Of a stretch of 38,399 bases of DNA, positions 1 through 8,623 are shown piece by piece. A program made the translations under genes and the position numbers. Position 1 is the first letter of the stretch, and each line of letters starts with the position of its first letter. Below the pieces are notes generated by a model that was not told the origin of the DNA, did not search any database, and saw nothing but the letters and a program-made list of their open reading frames with translations. Source of the DNA: Candidatus Sigynarchaeum calidifontis (GTDB taxonomy: Archaea > Asgardarchaeota > Lokiarchaeia > Sigyniarchaeales > Sigyniarchaeaceae); contig JAUQYZ020000083.1 in assembly GCA_030587475.2 (NCBI GenBank), forward strand, positions 1 through 38,399, in the 5' to 3' direction.

Positions 1-768
1 GGCATCCCGGTCCCGCCGGCCGCGCCTCCCAAACCGCCGGCGCTGGTATCAACTCCGGCCGCGGTACCAAAACCACCAGATGCACCTCCGGTCCCGGCCC
101 CGCCAGCGGCCCCGGAACCGGCCGGCGCGAGCTTGTTAGAAGAGCTCCCCGAGCTCGAAGCGCCAGCGGCACCATCTCCCCCCGCCACTCCGGCACTGCC
201 CGATTTGCCCGACCTTGCCGAAGTGGAATCTACTGCAGCCAAAACCAAAGCAGAATTCGCGGGGCCGGAGGCACCGCCGGTTCCACCGCTTCAGGCCGTT
301 CCAGATGTACCCGCGCCCGCAAAACCAGCTCCCGCCAAGGAGCCGGTCGTCGAATCGAAAGTTGCAGCTCCAGAACCACAAGCCGAGTCCGTTGTCGAGG
401 CAGTTCCACCGCCTGCTCCCAAGCCGGTCGAGGCCCCGAAGCCCGCGGCGCCGGCACCCGGCGTGCCCGTGTCGGCATACTTCACGCAAGGCCCCACGGG
501 TGACCCGGCCAAGTGGGTGAGCGAGGGCTTCAACATAATGATGTCGATAACAAAAGCGAACCATTCTGGAGAGGAAATAGGCGTGAACCTCGAGAAATTC
601 AAGGATGCACTGAAGCTCGCTGTGACATATAGCGCGAGCATGTTCCCCATGACCAGGCGGGCACATGATCTCAAGAACAAGAAAGGCCCACTTGATGAGG
701 CCCGGATCAAGGAATTGCTCAATGAAATGCAATCATGGAAGGGCGAAATAATCGGAAAATTCAAATAA
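1..768 (+). CDS. 5'-truncated protein: long Pro/Ala/Glu-rich disordered linker followed by a ~90-aa helical C-terminal domain of unknown function
   Basis: The frame of ORF 133..768 is open from base 1 (GIPVPPAAPPKPP...), so the gene starts upstream of the window. It ends at TAA 766-768. The C-terminal helical segment DPAKWV...ELLNEMQSWKGEI resembles, from memory, C-termini of Asgard hypothetical proteins. Confidence 0.8.
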   Translation, partial: GIPVPPAAPPKPPALVSTPAAVPKPPDAPPVPAPPAAPEPAGASLLEELPELEAPAAPSPPATPALPDLPDLAEVESTAAKTKAEFAGPEAPPVPPLQAVPDVPAPAKPAPAKEPVVESKVAAPEPQAESVVEAVPPPAPKPVEAPKPAAPAPGVPVSAYFTQGPTGDPAKWVSEGFNIMMSITKANHSGEEIGVNLEKFKDALKLAVTYSASMFPMTRRAHDLKNKKGPLDEARIKELLNEMQSWKGEIIGKFK

Positions 769-803
769 TCTCGATTAATTCGAATTATTCCTTTTCTTCA
801 CTC

Positions 804-1367
804 TCAATATGCCAGCGTCGTGTAGATCGGGCCTCTTGGCGTGAGGCGAGACTGCTTCAGCAAAACGGCATCGATGTGCTGCTTGCCGAGTTCTACGTCC
901 TTAACTCGTGCGACCTTGTCTTGAAAGAGCTTGCGGTTATTGAGGAACTTCACGCGGGCGAGAGTCATGTGCCCCTCGAATGGCCGCTTCTCGCGCGGGA
1001 TGCCGAGCTGTTTCGACAGTTCCTCGTCGACGCGCGCCGCCGTCTTCGCGATGATGCCGGCTGGATCCTCAATTCCAACCCACAGCACGCGGCCACCGAA
1101 TTGACCGACGCGCCGGAGCGTGATGTCGAACCCGCCCGCCGGGATCGTGCCCAGGCCTTGCAGAATCTGGTATACCTTTTTCGCCGTGGGAATCGTGATG
1201 TTGCCCAAGAATTTCAACGTGACGTGCATGTTCTCCAGTTCCACGAACTTGAGTTTGCCCATGGCATCGTCCAAGAAAAGCGCTTGAATGTCCCGGGCCT
1301 TGCTCACGATCGAGGAATCTTTGATTTCCATTGCAATGAACGCGCGGATCTCGTTAGCATCTTCCAT
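804..1367 (-). CDS. thpR: RNA 2',3'-cyclic phosphodiesterase (2'-5' RNA ligase, 2H phosphoesterase family)
   Basis: N-terminal RAFIA, two HxT motifs (HVTLKFLG, HMTLARVK), RVLWVG and C-terminal SRLTPRGPIY; 187 aa. Confidence 0.95.
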   Translation of the reverse strand: MEDANEIRAFIAMEIKDSSIVSKARDIQALFLDDAMGKLKFVELENMHVTLKFLGNITIPTAKKVYQILQGLGTIPAGGFDITLRRVGQFGGRVLWVGIEDPAGIIAKTAARVDEELSKQLGIPREKRPFEGHMTLARVKFLNNRKLFQDKVARVKDVELGKQHIDAVLLKQSRLTPRGPIYTTLAY

Positions 1368-1424
1368 CGTACATCGCTTTTACCAAACCATTCGCAATCA
1401 GCATGTTTAATTTCTTTCACACCC

Positions 1425-1432
1425 TTTATATA
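1425..1432. promoter_or_regulatory. Candidate archaeal TATA box (TTTATATA) in the divergent thpR / AAA ATPase intergenic region
   Basis: AT-rich TTTATATA in a 129-bp divergent spacer of an otherwise GC-rich sequence. Confidence 0.45.
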
Positions 1433-1496
1433 ATGTGAACCTCGGTAGTCCAGTCAATCCGAGACGAGCTGATTCGCCATACCGACAAAAAAGCGT

Positions 1497-2684
1497 GTGT
1501 CTGGTGCTGCGCTGATCCCCGAGGAGAACGAAAAGCCCGACCAGAAGGCGTTCGGCGATCCGAGCGAGAGCAAAGAATTGCCTGGAAAAGCACCACTCCC
1601 ACTACCCCCCGAAAATGGGGGCGCAAAGGAGTTGCTCGTGGAAGAAATCGTCATAACGCCAGTTGGCTACGCCATGCGACTCGCTGGCACGGATCAAGCG
1701 ACTGGCATCATCATAGACAACATTGACTTGTTTCAGAAGTATTGCACCGAGCAATGGAACGGTATGTATGTTGATGCGGGCACTTATCTTTTTGACTCCT
1801 ACTTGTTCCCGGATTTCGCCTTCCAGGTCATCGGCGTGAAGCCACACGGGGGCAAGATCACGCCGGAGACCAAGATCATCTTCAAGAGCAAAAACACGAC
1901 CGTGCTCTCGAAAATCACGCCCGTCCGCATGGCCGATGTCATAGGGCAGGAAGAAGCAAAGCGCAAGTGCCACGTGATCCTCAAATACCTGGAGAATCCA
2001 GAAATCTTCGGCGCGGATTGGGCTCCCCGGAACATCTTGTTCCATGGCCCTCCCGGTACAGGCAAGACGCTCATGGCCCGGGCGCTGGCGAGCGAGGCAA
2101 AAGCGAGTTTCTTCGCCCGGAACGCGACCACCCTTATCGGGGTTCATGTCGGCGATGGTGCCAAGAAAATCAACGATCTCTACGAGCTCGCCACGGCATC
2201 GGCACCTTGCATCGTGTTCATCGACGAGCTAGACGCGATCGGTCTTAACAGGTCTTTCCAGCACGTGCGCGGTGACGTGATCGAGGTCTCGACCGCTCTC
2301 CTCGCGGAGTTGGACGGGATGGAAACGAACAAGGGCGTCGTGACCATCGGCGCGACGAACCAGATCGGGCTGCTGGACCCGGCATTGCGCAGCCGGTTCG
2401 AGGAAGAAATCGTCTTCAACAGCCCAAACGCGGCTGAACGTGCCGCGATCATCGAATTATACGCGGCAAAGACCGCGCTCAAGATCAAGATCGATAGCAT
2501 GCTCGTCGCCAGCAAGATCGAGGGATGGACGGGTCGTGACATCAAGGAGAAGTTGATGAAGACCCTCATCCACGACGCCATTCTCTCGAACAAGAAGGTC
2601 GTGACGACCGAGATGGCATTGGACCTCGTGGCAAGGTTGATGAAAAAGGACGCTGGTTCCCGCGTGAACCCGCTGTCATTTTAA
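1497..2684 (+). CDS. Archaeal AAA+ ATPase, COG1223 type (single AAA domain with conserved N-domain)
   Basis: N-domain EQWNG...YLFDSYLFPDFAFQV, then WAPRNILFHGPPGTGKT (Walker A), IVFIDELD (Walker B), SRH ATN...LDPALRSRF and GRDIKEK. GTG start. Confidence 0.92.
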   Translation: MSGAALIPEENEKPDQKAFGDPSESKELPGKAPLPLPPENGGAKELLVEEIVITPVGYAMRLAGTDQATGIIIDNIDLFQKYCTEQWNGMYVDAGTYLFDSYLFPDFAFQVIGVKPHGGKITPETKIIFKSKNTTVLSKITPVRMADVIGQEEAKRKCHVILKYLENPEIFGADWAPRNILFHGPPGTGKTLMARALASEAKASFFARNATTLIGVHVGDGAKKINDLYELATASAPCIVFIDELDAIGLNRSFQHVRGDVIEVSTALLAELDGMETNKGVVTIGATNQIGLLDPALRSRFEEEIVFNSPNAAERAAIIELYAAKTALKIKIDSMLVASKIEGWTGRDIKEKLMKTLIHDAILSNKKVVTTEMALDLVARLMKKDAGSRVNPLSF

Positions 2685-2777
2685 CAACTCGCCGGGCTGC
2701 CGGCACGGCACGTTCGGTAAATGTTTTTTCAAGCGATTCCTTTTAACCGTGCAAACATCTTGCGTGGTCTGTTGGCA

Positions 2778-4511
2778 ATGACAGAAGAGAAGAACAACGA
2801 GCCAGGAGTTGCCGGAAACAAGGAGATCGCGCTCAATTTAAATGAATACGTTCCGGAAATAGATACTTTTCTCGATTTCAAGAACAGGATCGTGAAAAAG
2901 CTCGAGAAGATCACGAACATCACCCGGAACCCCGATTTCAACGCGTTAATCAGGACGGTCGTCGGTGTGCTCGGTATCAATGTTGGTGACGACAAGAATC
3001 TCGTCCTCGACAAGGATGCGGAGATCGTTCCAGACGACGAGAAGGTGCGCCGGTACCTCGAAGGCGTTATAGCAACGACCCAATTGTTCCAAGAATTTCA
3101 CGAGATCTACATTACCCCTCCGCCCTATTTACTCCAGATAATCACGAGAACGCAGAACGCGTGGATCAAGCTGGCGACCGAGTTCCTCGCGTTCAACGCG
3201 ATGCTCCCGTTGATAAAGGACGTGGAGGCTCAAGAAAAGTATTACATCGTGCTCCCGTTGATAGAGCGGATCCTGGCCGGCATGAAGGCTGGAACCGATG
3301 CGCCAAGCATTGAAAAGGTCATCTTGCTCATCCTCGTGTATAAGATTTACACGACCGCCCTCCAGAAGAACAAGTTCATGGATGACGTGCAAGATCTGTT
3401 CGTTCTATTCGTGGACAACATACAAGTCTTTGATTTCAATTCCGCGAAGAACCCCCTGCTCGACAATTTTCACCGCATGCTCGTGCAAGTTGGTCTCATG
3501 CTCCGCAAGGATGAAAACGTCTCGAAAGTCATCGAATATCGAAAAAAATACCTGGAAGCTGCCAAGAACCAGCTTATAAGCGAGAAGCAAGACCCGAACG
3601 TCGTGCTCAACATCATCAACATCTATTTCTCCATCGCGAAGAACCACCTGCAGCTATCCGACACGAAAACCCACGAAGAGATGCTCGAGAAGTCCGGTGA
3701 ATGGCTCGACAGCTTGATGGCGAAGTACCCGTTCACCAAGAAGGCATGGAAACTGAAAGCCAAGATGATCCGGTCCCTTGGCCATAACGCGCTGAAGCGG
3801 GGCAAGTATGCGGAGTGTTACAAGTACTATTTGCGTGCCCTGGTGGTCTCGTACTACCACAAGCTCCAGAGAGAATACGACCGGGCGTTGATGTACGTCG
3901 AGAAGTACGCGAAGTTCTTCGGTGCGGAACACGTGCCTGGCCTTAAAGAGGACCTGAAGATGATTCCCGAGCGCTTGTCACAAACGCATCTGCTGTACTT
4001 GATGGGAAAAGCATTCACCGAGCAGCGACAATTCGGCCACTCGATCCTCGTGCAGAAATTGCTGGTGGACATTCTCGAGGAGGAGTACAACGAGCAGCAA
4101 GTCAAGCTCGCCGTTGGCACGCCGACCCCTGAAAAGGCCCAGAAGATCGACGAATTGCAAGATTTGCTCTCGAACAACATCGATTACCTTGGCAACTTGC
4201 TCATGCGCTCCCGCCAGGTCGATGCGGCAATGGAAGCGTTCAAGCGCGAGGCGGCGCTGTTTGAGAACGACAAACCACGAAAGCAGATCAAGATCTTGAT
4301 GAAGATCGCCAAGGAATTCTCGAAGAACTCTCGATTCAAGGAAGCGCTGGAATTCGGCGAGAAAGCGTTCCGGCTCGCTGGCGAGCACGGTATCAGCGAA
4401 CCGACAGAAAAGCTGCTTCAATTCTTGATCGAGGTGTGCAAGTTCGCCAACCAACCCCGGAAGCTCGCCGATTACAAGAAATTGCTCTACGAGCGCGAGG
4501 GCACCAAGTGA
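2778..4511 (+). CDS. Large all-helical TPR-like / alpha-solenoid protein
   Basis: 596-aa ORF from 2721; ATG 2778 (MTEEK) is the likelier start. The C-terminal half has TPR-like repeats (LGHNALKRGKYAECYKYYLRAL; LGNLLMRSRQVDAAMEAFKRE; IAKEFSKNSRFKEALEFGEKAF). Confidence 0.8.
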   Translation: MTEEKNNEPGVAGNKEIALNLNEYVPEIDTFLDFKNRIVKKLEKITNITRNPDFNALIRTVVGVLGINVGDDKNLVLDKDAEIVPDDEKVRRYLEGVIATTQLFQEFHEIYITPPPYLLQIITRTQNAWIKLATEFLAFNAMLPLIKDVEAQEKYYIVLPLIERILAGMKAGTDAPSIEKVILLILVYKIYTTALQKNKFMDDVQDLFVLFVDNIQVFDFNSAKNPLLDNFHRMLVQVGLMLRKDENVSKVIEYRKKYLEAAKNQLISEKQDPNVVLNIINIYFSIAKNHLQLSDTKTHEEMLEKSGEWLDSLMAKYPFTKKAWKLKAKMIRSLGHNALKRGKYAECYKYYLRALVVSYYHKLQREYDRALMYVEKYAKFFGAEHVPGLKEDLKMIPERLSQTHLLYLMGKAFTEQRQFGHSILVQKLLVDILEEEYNEQQVKLAVGTPTPEKAQKIDELQDLLSNNIDYLGNLLMRSRQVDAAMEAFKREAALFENDKPRKQIKILMKIAKEFSKNSRFKEALEFGEKAFRLAGEHGISEPTEKLLQFLIEVCKFANQPRKLADYKKLLYEREGTK

Positions 4512-4642
4512 ACCCGTGCCCCCTTCTCGTTTAATAACCATTCCTTTGTCCCATAATAAAGCGCGCGATTCGCGGGAAGCGATTTTTAACAACGAAAGCT
4601 TCCCTAAGTCAAGCAAGGAAATACCTCGGACGGCTGGATTCA

Positions 4643-5212
4643 ATGGCAGAACGCACCCCCGCACGCACGATCAACAAGGATCGCGAGGAATCGATGTCTG
4701 TCCTGGTCACTTACAACCAGATCCGTAATGCTGTCGGCATATTGACCGAGATGATGGAGGAAACATACCGGAAACAAAATCCGAACATCACCGAGCATGA
4801 TATCATCAACCGCCTCCGCAAGATGGGCAGGAACATCGGGAAGGATTTTGCCCGGTACTGGGATCCGGGTCAAAAAGGGGTGGATGCCATGCTCCTGGCG
4901 ATTTACAAGGCAGTGTTCGGGACATCGGTGGTTGTAGAGGAACCCTATGATCGCAAGTCGAACCCGGCCTATCGCGATACAAAGGTTTACGACGTGATCG
5001 ACCAGAAATGCCCCCTGTGCAAGGAAAAGCGGGCGACGAACATCGCTGGCTGCGAGCTGTCCATGGGCGTGGTCGATGGCATTTTCGAGGCGATGGGGGC
5101 GAAATATCCCAACTTGCAGCCACTCAAGGCGGACCAGGTGCTCGAATCAAAGACTCGAGGCGATGCGCAATGCAAGCACCGGTACGTGCTTGCCAGGCCC
5201 GATCACAAGTAA
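4643..5212 (+). CDS. Bet3/TRAPPC3-like protein (TRAPP/V4R fold) with putative Zn-binding cysteines
   Basis: Ordered motifs VTYNQI, DIINRLRKMGRNIG, IYKAVFG, CPLC, CELSMGVVDGIFEAM and SKTRGDAQC follow the Bet3/V4R layout. Alternative start is ATG 4694, after GAGG. Confidence 0.75.
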   Translation: MAERTPARTINKDREESMSVLVTYNQIRNAVGILTEMMEETYRKQNPNITEHDIINRLRKMGRNIGKDFARYWDPGQKGVDAMLLAIYKAVFGTSVVVEEPYDRKSNPAYRDTKVYDVIDQKCPLCKEKRATNIAGCELSMGVVDGIFEAMGAKYPNLQPLKADQVLESKTRGDAQCKHRYVLARPDHK

Positions 5213-5240
5213 CCCGTTCACAATACCAGAAGGTGAAGAA

Positions 5241-6770
5241 ATAACGGCTTTCACATGGATCGTTTCCCGCATTATCCGCCTTTTCGGCCAGAAGACGAAC
5301 GCATTGTTCTACTTGCTCACGTATCGCGAGCTGCAAGCCGAGATCGTCGAGCTCGCGAAGGCCATGGGCGTCGCGCCGGATGCGTTGTCGAAGGAAATCG
5401 GCCGGCGCGCGGCGCGCGAGAGTGCCCAGCGCCACGCGAACGTCCTGGCCATCGTGCCGATAAACCCAAACTCGCCGGAGCAGATCAAAAAATACATCGA
5501 GGTCCTCTGGTTCGTGCTGTTCGGCAAGGAGATGCGTGATTACACAGTCCGCGTCGATGACGATACTCCTGGCCGCCAGCGGCTCACGTTTCTGCTTAAA
5601 CACTGCCCCGTGTGCATGGGGAGCGAAGAGGACGGGGAACGGTACAAGTGGTTGTACAAGACCTTCTCCGGCGGCGAAACGGAGGGCTACGCGTGCATGA
5701 TGGCGGGCATGCTCGAAGACCTGGCGCGCATCATCATGGAAAACAAGGGGATGGACATCCGCATCGTCGTCAACGAGAAGCAGTGTTTTGCCCGGGGCGA
5801 CGGGATCATGGCGGTCGAGGCGCAAGTTCTCCCGGTTCAAGAATACGAGGCTCGAAAACAAGTTTCCCTCTCGGTCGCCCGGACGGTTCAGCCCACGACC
5901 CCCGCGGAGGCCGCCGAGAGCGAGCTCGTGAAGGTCGCCGCGCAATCGACGAAACTCTTCGCCAAGGTGTATGAGCAGCTGAACCTCGAGCGGCTCGACA
6001 CGTTCTTCTCGAACCCGAACGAGCAAATCAAGACGGAGCTCGCCAAGGCCGTCGAGAAGCAGCTGCACTTCAAGCCAAAGGAGATCCTCGCGTACTTCCA
6101 GAACTACGAGGAGGACATCTTCCGCGTGATCGGGTATCTTACCGTCCACGCGCTGAACGAGGCCGGGGGCATCATCCAGAAAGCCGTGGAGAGCTACATG
6201 ATGAGCAAGCTCATCGATATCTTGCTATCTGCCATAGAATATGGCCTTAACACGTATATTCCAGAAAAGATTGCCAGCGATAACAAGAAAATGGTAGAGA
6301 TCCTCGTCGATGGCTGGGCGCACGAGAGCTCCGTGGCCAAGATCAAGGCTATGGATTCCAAAACCATGTTCAAGCTCGTGCTCGAAGGTGCCCGGCTCGC
6401 GCTGTCGGATTACGGGCAAACGTTCACCGGCGCCAAGGAGGCCACGTGGACGCTCCTCAAGAAGACGAACGTGCTGCAGAACGAGGGCGAGACACCTTCC
6501 AAGTCATTCAACTTGATCTTCGACATCGTGCAAGAGGGAGCGCTCCTGGCCGGGTACATCATGGCAATGCCGATCAAGGCATGGTTGTCGACCGAGTACG
6601 AAGCCATCAAAACGCCGGTCACCTCGGCACAAGAGATTTACCAGTCCAGCCGCCAGCACCTTGAAAGATTGTTTGACCTCATTGAAGAGTTCCAAACCAT
6701 GGACCGGTCGACCGAGGAGGTCAAGGGTTCCGGCTCGACCCTCCGCAAGGCTTTCCCCCACGTTTTTTAA
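5241..6770 (+). CDS. TRAPP/V4R-fold N-terminal domain (TRAPPC5/C6-like motif) fused to a ~300-aa helical C-terminal domain
   Basis: LFYLLTYREL, KEIGRRAA, LWFVLFGKE, CPVC, YACMMAGMLE and EKQCFARGD. The ORF-track start at 5076 overlaps the upstream gene by 137 nt. A GGTGA at 5232-5236 precedes in-frame ATA 5241, and the first canonical alternative is TTG 5304, so the start is uncertain. Confidence 0.75.
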   Translation: MTAFTWIVSRIIRLFGQKTNALFYLLTYRELQAEIVELAKAMGVAPDALSKEIGRRAARESAQRHANVLAIVPINPNSPEQIKKYIEVLWFVLFGKEMRDYTVRVDDDTPGRQRLTFLLKHCPVCMGSEEDGERYKWLYKTFSGGETEGYACMMAGMLEDLARIIMENKGMDIRIVVNEKQCFARGDGIMAVEAQVLPVQEYEARKQVSLSVARTVQPTTPAEAAESELVKVAAQSTKLFAKVYEQLNLERLDTFFSNPNEQIKTELAKAVEKQLHFKPKEILAYFQNYEEDIFRVIGYLTVHALNEAGGIIQKAVESYMMSKLIDILLSAIEYGLNTYIPEKIASDNKKMVEILVDGWAHESSVAKIKAMDSKTMFKLVLEGARLALSDYGQTFTGAKEATWTLLKKTNVLQNEGETPSKSFNLIFDIVQEGALLAGYIMAMPIKAWLSTEYEAIKTPVTSAQEIYQSSRQHLERLFDLIEEFQTMDRSTEEVKGSGSTLRKAFPHVF

Positions 6771-6929
6771 CAGCCTTATTTTCCCTTCCGTTTCGATGCG
6801 ATTGGATCACCTGCAATCCCACGTCGCATGCGATCGATCAAAAATCTGGAGCACCCACTAGTCTCAAGTACAAGGCGTGAGGATGGCAAGCCAGTACTAG
6901 TATCATCGTCTAATGGAGCCAGAGCGAGA

Positions 6930-7364
6930 TTGCAATTCGTCCTATTCCCTTGTCGCCGATGTGGCGCGCTGTCCGTTGCTGCAAGGAGCCAGAAAACGAA
7001 GCAATGCCCGTCCTGCAACCATTCCAACAAGCTGGCGAAGGTCGTGGTCATCAAGCGGTTCGACGACAAGGCGACGGCCATGGACGCCTTGCGACTGTTT
7101 AAAATCCCACGACTCGACCGGGAAGGCGTGCCATACGTTGGCAAATCGGCTATTATTGATGATAAGCGGACTATCGCTGAGGAAATCAATAAACTCTTCT
7201 GGAACATCAAGCAGACGCATCCGGAGGGCATCGCCGAGGTGGAGTTATTGGCTCTGGCGGAGAAAGAGGGGCTAGATCCGGCGAAAGTTAGCAAGATCGT
7301 GAAGAAATGTAAGCATGATGGAATTTTGCTGGAAACCGGCAAACAGACACTGAAATTCGTGTAG
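6930..7364 (+). CDS. Zn-ribbon plus C-terminal winged-helix protein (DUF1922/DUF5817-like)
   Basis: CRRC...CPSC near the N-terminus (likely TTG start at 6930). The C-terminal GIAEVELLALAEKEGLDPAKVSKIVKKCKHDGILLE resembles the winged helix at the end of archaeal MCM. Confidence 0.7.
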   Translation: MQFVLFPCRRCGALSVAARSQKTKQCPSCNHSNKLAKVVVIKRFDDKATAMDALRLFKIPRLDREGVPYVGKSAIIDDKRTIAEEINKLFWNIKQTHPEGIAEVELLALAEKEGLDPAKVSKIVKKCKHDGILLETGKQTLKFV

Positions 7365-7589
7365 GGAACAAGAAGACTCCCCTTTCGATAACAATAGCAT
7401 AACAAATTCAATTAATGCAGGGTATATTGCAAGAACAAACGATTTGAGCCCTACTTCGATTCTTTTAGCTGTTATTTTTACGATGGGTTCTTTTTTCCAA
7501 ACCATGTCGAGCCATTGGCCGTGAAATGCAAGCAAGAAGGAAACTTGCTGGAGACCGGGAAGCGAATGCCGAGCCTTGTTTACCGTTTT

Positions 7590-7853
7590 TTATAGTATTG
7601 CGTTTGAAGGCTTGATGTAGAGGATGTTGTTGCCCCGTATGAAGATCTCGCCATAACGTGCGATTTGAGCCCCGTTACTCATTTCAATAGCTTTGCTCAA
7701 AATCATGTTCATATAACTATCGCATTCGACAAGCTCGCCGTTATATTCCGTGCCGTCCTTCAAGCGGACGACTATCTCTGATCCGATGGATCTCTGGAGG
7801 ATCTCCAAAGGTTTTTTCGCTTGTGGAACTTCTATTTTTACTGGTGCGGACAT
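7590..7853 (-). CDS. Sm-like archaeal protein (SmAP / Lsm family)
   Basis: Sm1 motif IVVRLKDGTEYNGELVECDSYMNMIL and Sm2 motif YGEIFIRGNNILYI; 87 aa. Confidence 0.95.
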   Translation of the reverse strand: MSAPVKIEVPQAKKPLEILQRSIGSEIVVRLKDGTEYNGELVECDSYMNMILSKAIEMSNGAQIARYGEIFIRGNNILYIKPSNAIL

Positions 7854-8002
7854 TTCGCGTCACGGTGCTTGGTAATTCGATGGATTCTCCCGGTTTCTGA
7901 TGTATCACGAGACGATAGCAAGACTAATTCGAGCGCTAATCAATAAAAACCATGCCATTAATTCCATCTCCGATTGACATGCATTAAACCGGTCGCCGCG
8001 AT

Positions 8003-8623
8003 ATGCCAGCCCCGTATGCGAAGAGCCGCGAGGTCGCAGCGAAATACGACGCAACCGCGGACGAGCACTACGACCTTCGGTACAAGGACGTACAATTTTC
8101 AAAATATGATTTACTGCTTGCATATGCGGAGCGTCTCTTGGGATCCGATGTTGCGCGGCGCTGCTTTGCCGGTGTCATTGTAGACTCCGGTTGCGGCTCT
8201 GGTTTGCTGATCCAGTGGCTCGCCAGGCGTGGCTTGCTCGCGCGGGCACGGGTCATCGGCATTGACATCTCGGCCAGGATGCTCGTCATGGCTCGGCAGA
8301 AATCGAGACGACGGCCTGGTATTGACCTCATCACCGCAACCGCCGAGCTTCCTCCCTTGCGCAATGGCATCGCGTCATGTGTGTTGTCGGTGTCAACGTA
8401 CCAGAACCTCGACGATGCGCAGCAAGCTCTTTACCTTCCTGCCTTGTTGAAAATCTTGCACGATGGTCCAGCACTCCTCTTGTTTAGCACCCTCGCCAAT
8501 GCAACGCCAAACGACGAAATCGAATCCATCGTGGCATGGGCGCGTGTACACTTCCCGCATGTCATAATTGCCCCGGATGACCGCCGCGTTGAGGACCGGT
8601 TGATTGTATGCGCTACTCCGTGA
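8003..8623 (+). CDS. Class I SAM-dependent methyltransferase
   Basis: Motif I variant IVDSGCGSG, motif II VIGIDISARML, then ATAELPPL. The N-terminal YDATA..YD.RY...QFSKY is typical of small archaeal methyltransferases. Confidence 0.85.
   Translation: MPAPYAKSREVAAKYDATADEHYDLRYKDVQFSKYDLLLAYAERLLGSDVARRCFAGVIVDSGCGSGLLIQWLARRGLLARARVIGIDISARMLVMARQKSRRRPGIDLITATAELPPLRNGIASCVLSVSTYQNLDDAQQALYLPALLKILHDGPALLLFSTLANATPNDEIESIVAWARVHFPHVIIAPDDRRVEDRLIVCATP

Noticed and set aside
1497-2684. Vps4, Cdc48 or PAN assignment for the AAA ATPase
   Set aside because: There is no MIT domain, second AAA ring or PAN coiled-coil/OB region. The N-domain and WAP(R/K)N motif fit COG1223.
5124-6149. Long antisense ORFs (341 aa here; also 35577..36452, 37151..37999, 23499..24218 and others)
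   Set aside because: They are shadows of GC3-biased genes on the opposite strand that carry clear family motifs or gene-like composition.
7365-7589. Expected rpl37e downstream of the Sm/Lsm gene
   Set aside because: The - strand frames give only short fragments (e.g. MARHGLEKRTHRKNNS) without the CxxC...CxxC zinc finger. The 87-aa ORF 7272..7535 looks spurious.
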